A DNA stretch of 64,000 nt. Source: Candidatus Aldehydirespiratoraceae bacterium (lineage in GTDB: Bacteria > Actinomycetota > Acidimicrobiia > Acidimicrobiales > Aldehydirespiratoraceae). The DNA lies in NCBI GenBank assembly GCA_965198365.1, contig OZ240617.1, positions 2,507,429 to 2,571,428 on the forward strand, read 5' to 3'. A program made the translations under genes and the position numbers. Under the pieces are notes generated by a model, which had not been told where the DNA came from, did not search any database, and saw nothing but the letters and a program-made list of their open reading frames with translations. Shown here piece by piece: positions 62,898 through 64,000 of this stretch. Positions within the stretch are counted from its first letter, which is position 1. Every line of letters begins with the position of its first letter.

Positions 62898-63260
62898 TCA
62901 GGCGTCGGCTAGTGCCCCGTTGGCTGTCTCGACCAGAACCGTGAACGTAGCAGGATCGTGAATCGCGGTTTCGGACAACATCTTGCGGTCAACCTCTATC
63001 TCTGCTGCCTTCAAACCCGCAATAAAGCGGCTATAGGAGGTGCCATTTTCGCGACACGCCGCGTTTATTCGCTGAATCCACAGCTTGCGGAACTGACCTT
63101 TGCGAGCCCGCCTGTCACGGAACGCATAGTTGCCGGCGTGCATAACGGACTCGTTCGCTGATTTGAAACTGCGAGAACGATTGCCGTAGTGCCCCTTGGC
63201 TCGCTCAAGGACGACCCGGCGATGTTTCTTGGAATGTACGGCGCGTTTAGCTCTTGCCAT
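62898..63260 (-). CDS. rplT: 50S ribosomal protein L20
   Basis: MARAKRAVHSKKHRRVVLERAKGHYG..., 120 aa. Confidence 0.95.
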   Translation of the reverse strand: MARAKRAVHSKKHRRVVLERAKGHYGNRSRSFKSANESVMHAGNYAFRDRRARKGQFRKLWIQRINAACRENGTSYSRFIAGLKAAEIEVDRKMLSETAIHDPATFTVLVETANGALADA

Positions 63261-63304
63261 CGTTGACTCCCTTTCTTAGTGGATGCGGCTTCAGTAGATG
63301 CGGT

Positions 63305-63496
63305 TCAGATGCCGAGGTCGCGGATGCGCGGCTCGTCAGCCGGGGACACCGAAGCCGGTCTCCGAAGCTGGCGTTTGCGCTTCGGAGACTTCTTTTCGAG
63401 CATGTGGTTCTTGTTTTGACTGCGCCGCCTCAGCTTGCCTGAGCCGGTGCGTTTGAATCGGGCCTGCGCGCCCTTGTGCGTCTTCATCTTGGGCAT
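63305..63496 (-). CDS. rpmI: 50S ribosomal protein L35
   Basis: [24 protein letters not shown]..., 63 aa. Confidence 0.95.
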   Translation of the reverse strand: MPKMKTHKGAQARFKRTGSGKLRRRSQNKNHMLEKKSPKRKRQLRRPASVSPADEPRIRDLGI

Positions 63497-63553
63497 ATCG
63501 ATTCTCGGTTCTCTTGATTTGGAGGATCTCTGAGCGGCGTTACCGCAAAAAGG

Positions 63554-64000
63554 TCACTCGGTTGTGGTTTGCTGAGCGGTTTCTGACTCGGCCCCGACGA
63601 CCGTAGCTTCCGCTTCTTTGCGCATTTGTTTTTCGTGACGAGCTTGCGCTCGCTTGTCTGGGGCCAACACCATCACCATGTTGCGACCATCTTGGCGGGG
63701 ATGAAACTCAACCTTGCCGACATGGGCCACGGTCTCAGACACCCGATCTAGGATCTGGCGGCCAAGCTCGGGGTGTTGCATCTCGCGACCTCGGAACATG
63801 ATCGTGACTTTGACCTTGTGGCCTCCGCCGAGAAACTCAACCACCTTGCGGGTCTTGGTGTCGAAGTCACCGGGCCCGATTTTGGGACGGTACTTCATCT
63901 CCTTGACCGTGAGGTTGGAAGACTTCTTTTTGGATTCTTTAGCCCGCTGGTCGGCCTCGTATCGCCACTTGCCGTAATCCATGATCCGACAGACCGGTGG
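63554..64000 (-). CDS. infC: translation initiation factor IF-3; N-terminus beyond the window edge
   Basis: The frame continues upstream of the listed Met (PPVCRIMDYGKWRYE...KVKVTIMFRGREMQHPELG). Classic infC-rpmI-rplT operon. Confidence 0.9.
   Translation of the reverse strand, partial: PPVCRIMDYGKWRYEADQRAKESKKKSSNLTVKEMKYRPKIGPGDFDTKTRKVVEFLGGGHKVKVTIMFRGREMQHPELGRQILDRVSETVAHVGKVEFHPRQDGRNMVMVLAPDKRAQARHEKQMRKEAEATVVGAESETAQQTTTE

Overview
High-GC, gene-dense bacterial chromosome segment. Its gene content looks actinobacterial: Ku/LigD NHEJ, an F420-type LLM oxidoreductase, a suf operon with a Rieske gene, homodimeric AceE, and a RamB-like regulator next to aceB/aceA. All calls come from reading the supplied ORF translations and the DNA by eye. 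No searches were run, so family names are motif recognition from memory.

Most of the window is core metabolism and housekeeping:
- phoH-ybeY-corC
- glyoxylate shunt (ramB-like, aceB, aceA)
- a hydantoinase / CN-hydrolase / LLM-oxidoreductase / ABC-transporter cluster
- three tRNAs (Arg-TCT, His-GTG, Lys-CTT) beside ku and a stand-alone LigD polymerase domain
- the lipoate / 2-oxoacid dehydrogenase neighbourhood (lipB-lipA as one ORF, E2, lpdA, aceE)
- a split, convergently arranged suf Fe-S locus with two sufC paralogues
- a sulfoacetaldehyde/taurine-type module (class-III aminotransferase, pta, tetR, xsc)
- pheST and infC-rpmI-rplT

One accessory islet (about 35.1-40.7 kb) carries a HigB/HigA-like toxin-antitoxin pair, an extra small XRE regulator with a palindromic box, McrBC, and a DUF4143-type ATPase.

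The most interesting observations are two ORFs that the six-frame track splits at an in-frame TGA. In both, the TGA sits at the first Cys of a redox motif and a hairpin lies within about 10 nt downstream:
- a TlpA-like lipoprotein with W-U-P-A-C (25795-26376)
- a small U-G-S-C protein (51503-52021), translationally coupled to a thioredoxin-fold fusion protein

Both are candidate selenoproteins.

Other points worth a second look:
- a single-ORF LipB-LipA fusion
- RNase HI fused to a YpsA/SLOG-like domain
- a 4-Cys small ORF wedged between sufB and sufD
- a structured 360-nt intergenic region ending in an intrinsic terminator
- phased 22-bp direct repeats in an AT-rich divergent promoter
- a 23-nt repeat family that brackets the tRNA/NHEJ segment in inverted orientation
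- a GC-rich minisatellite
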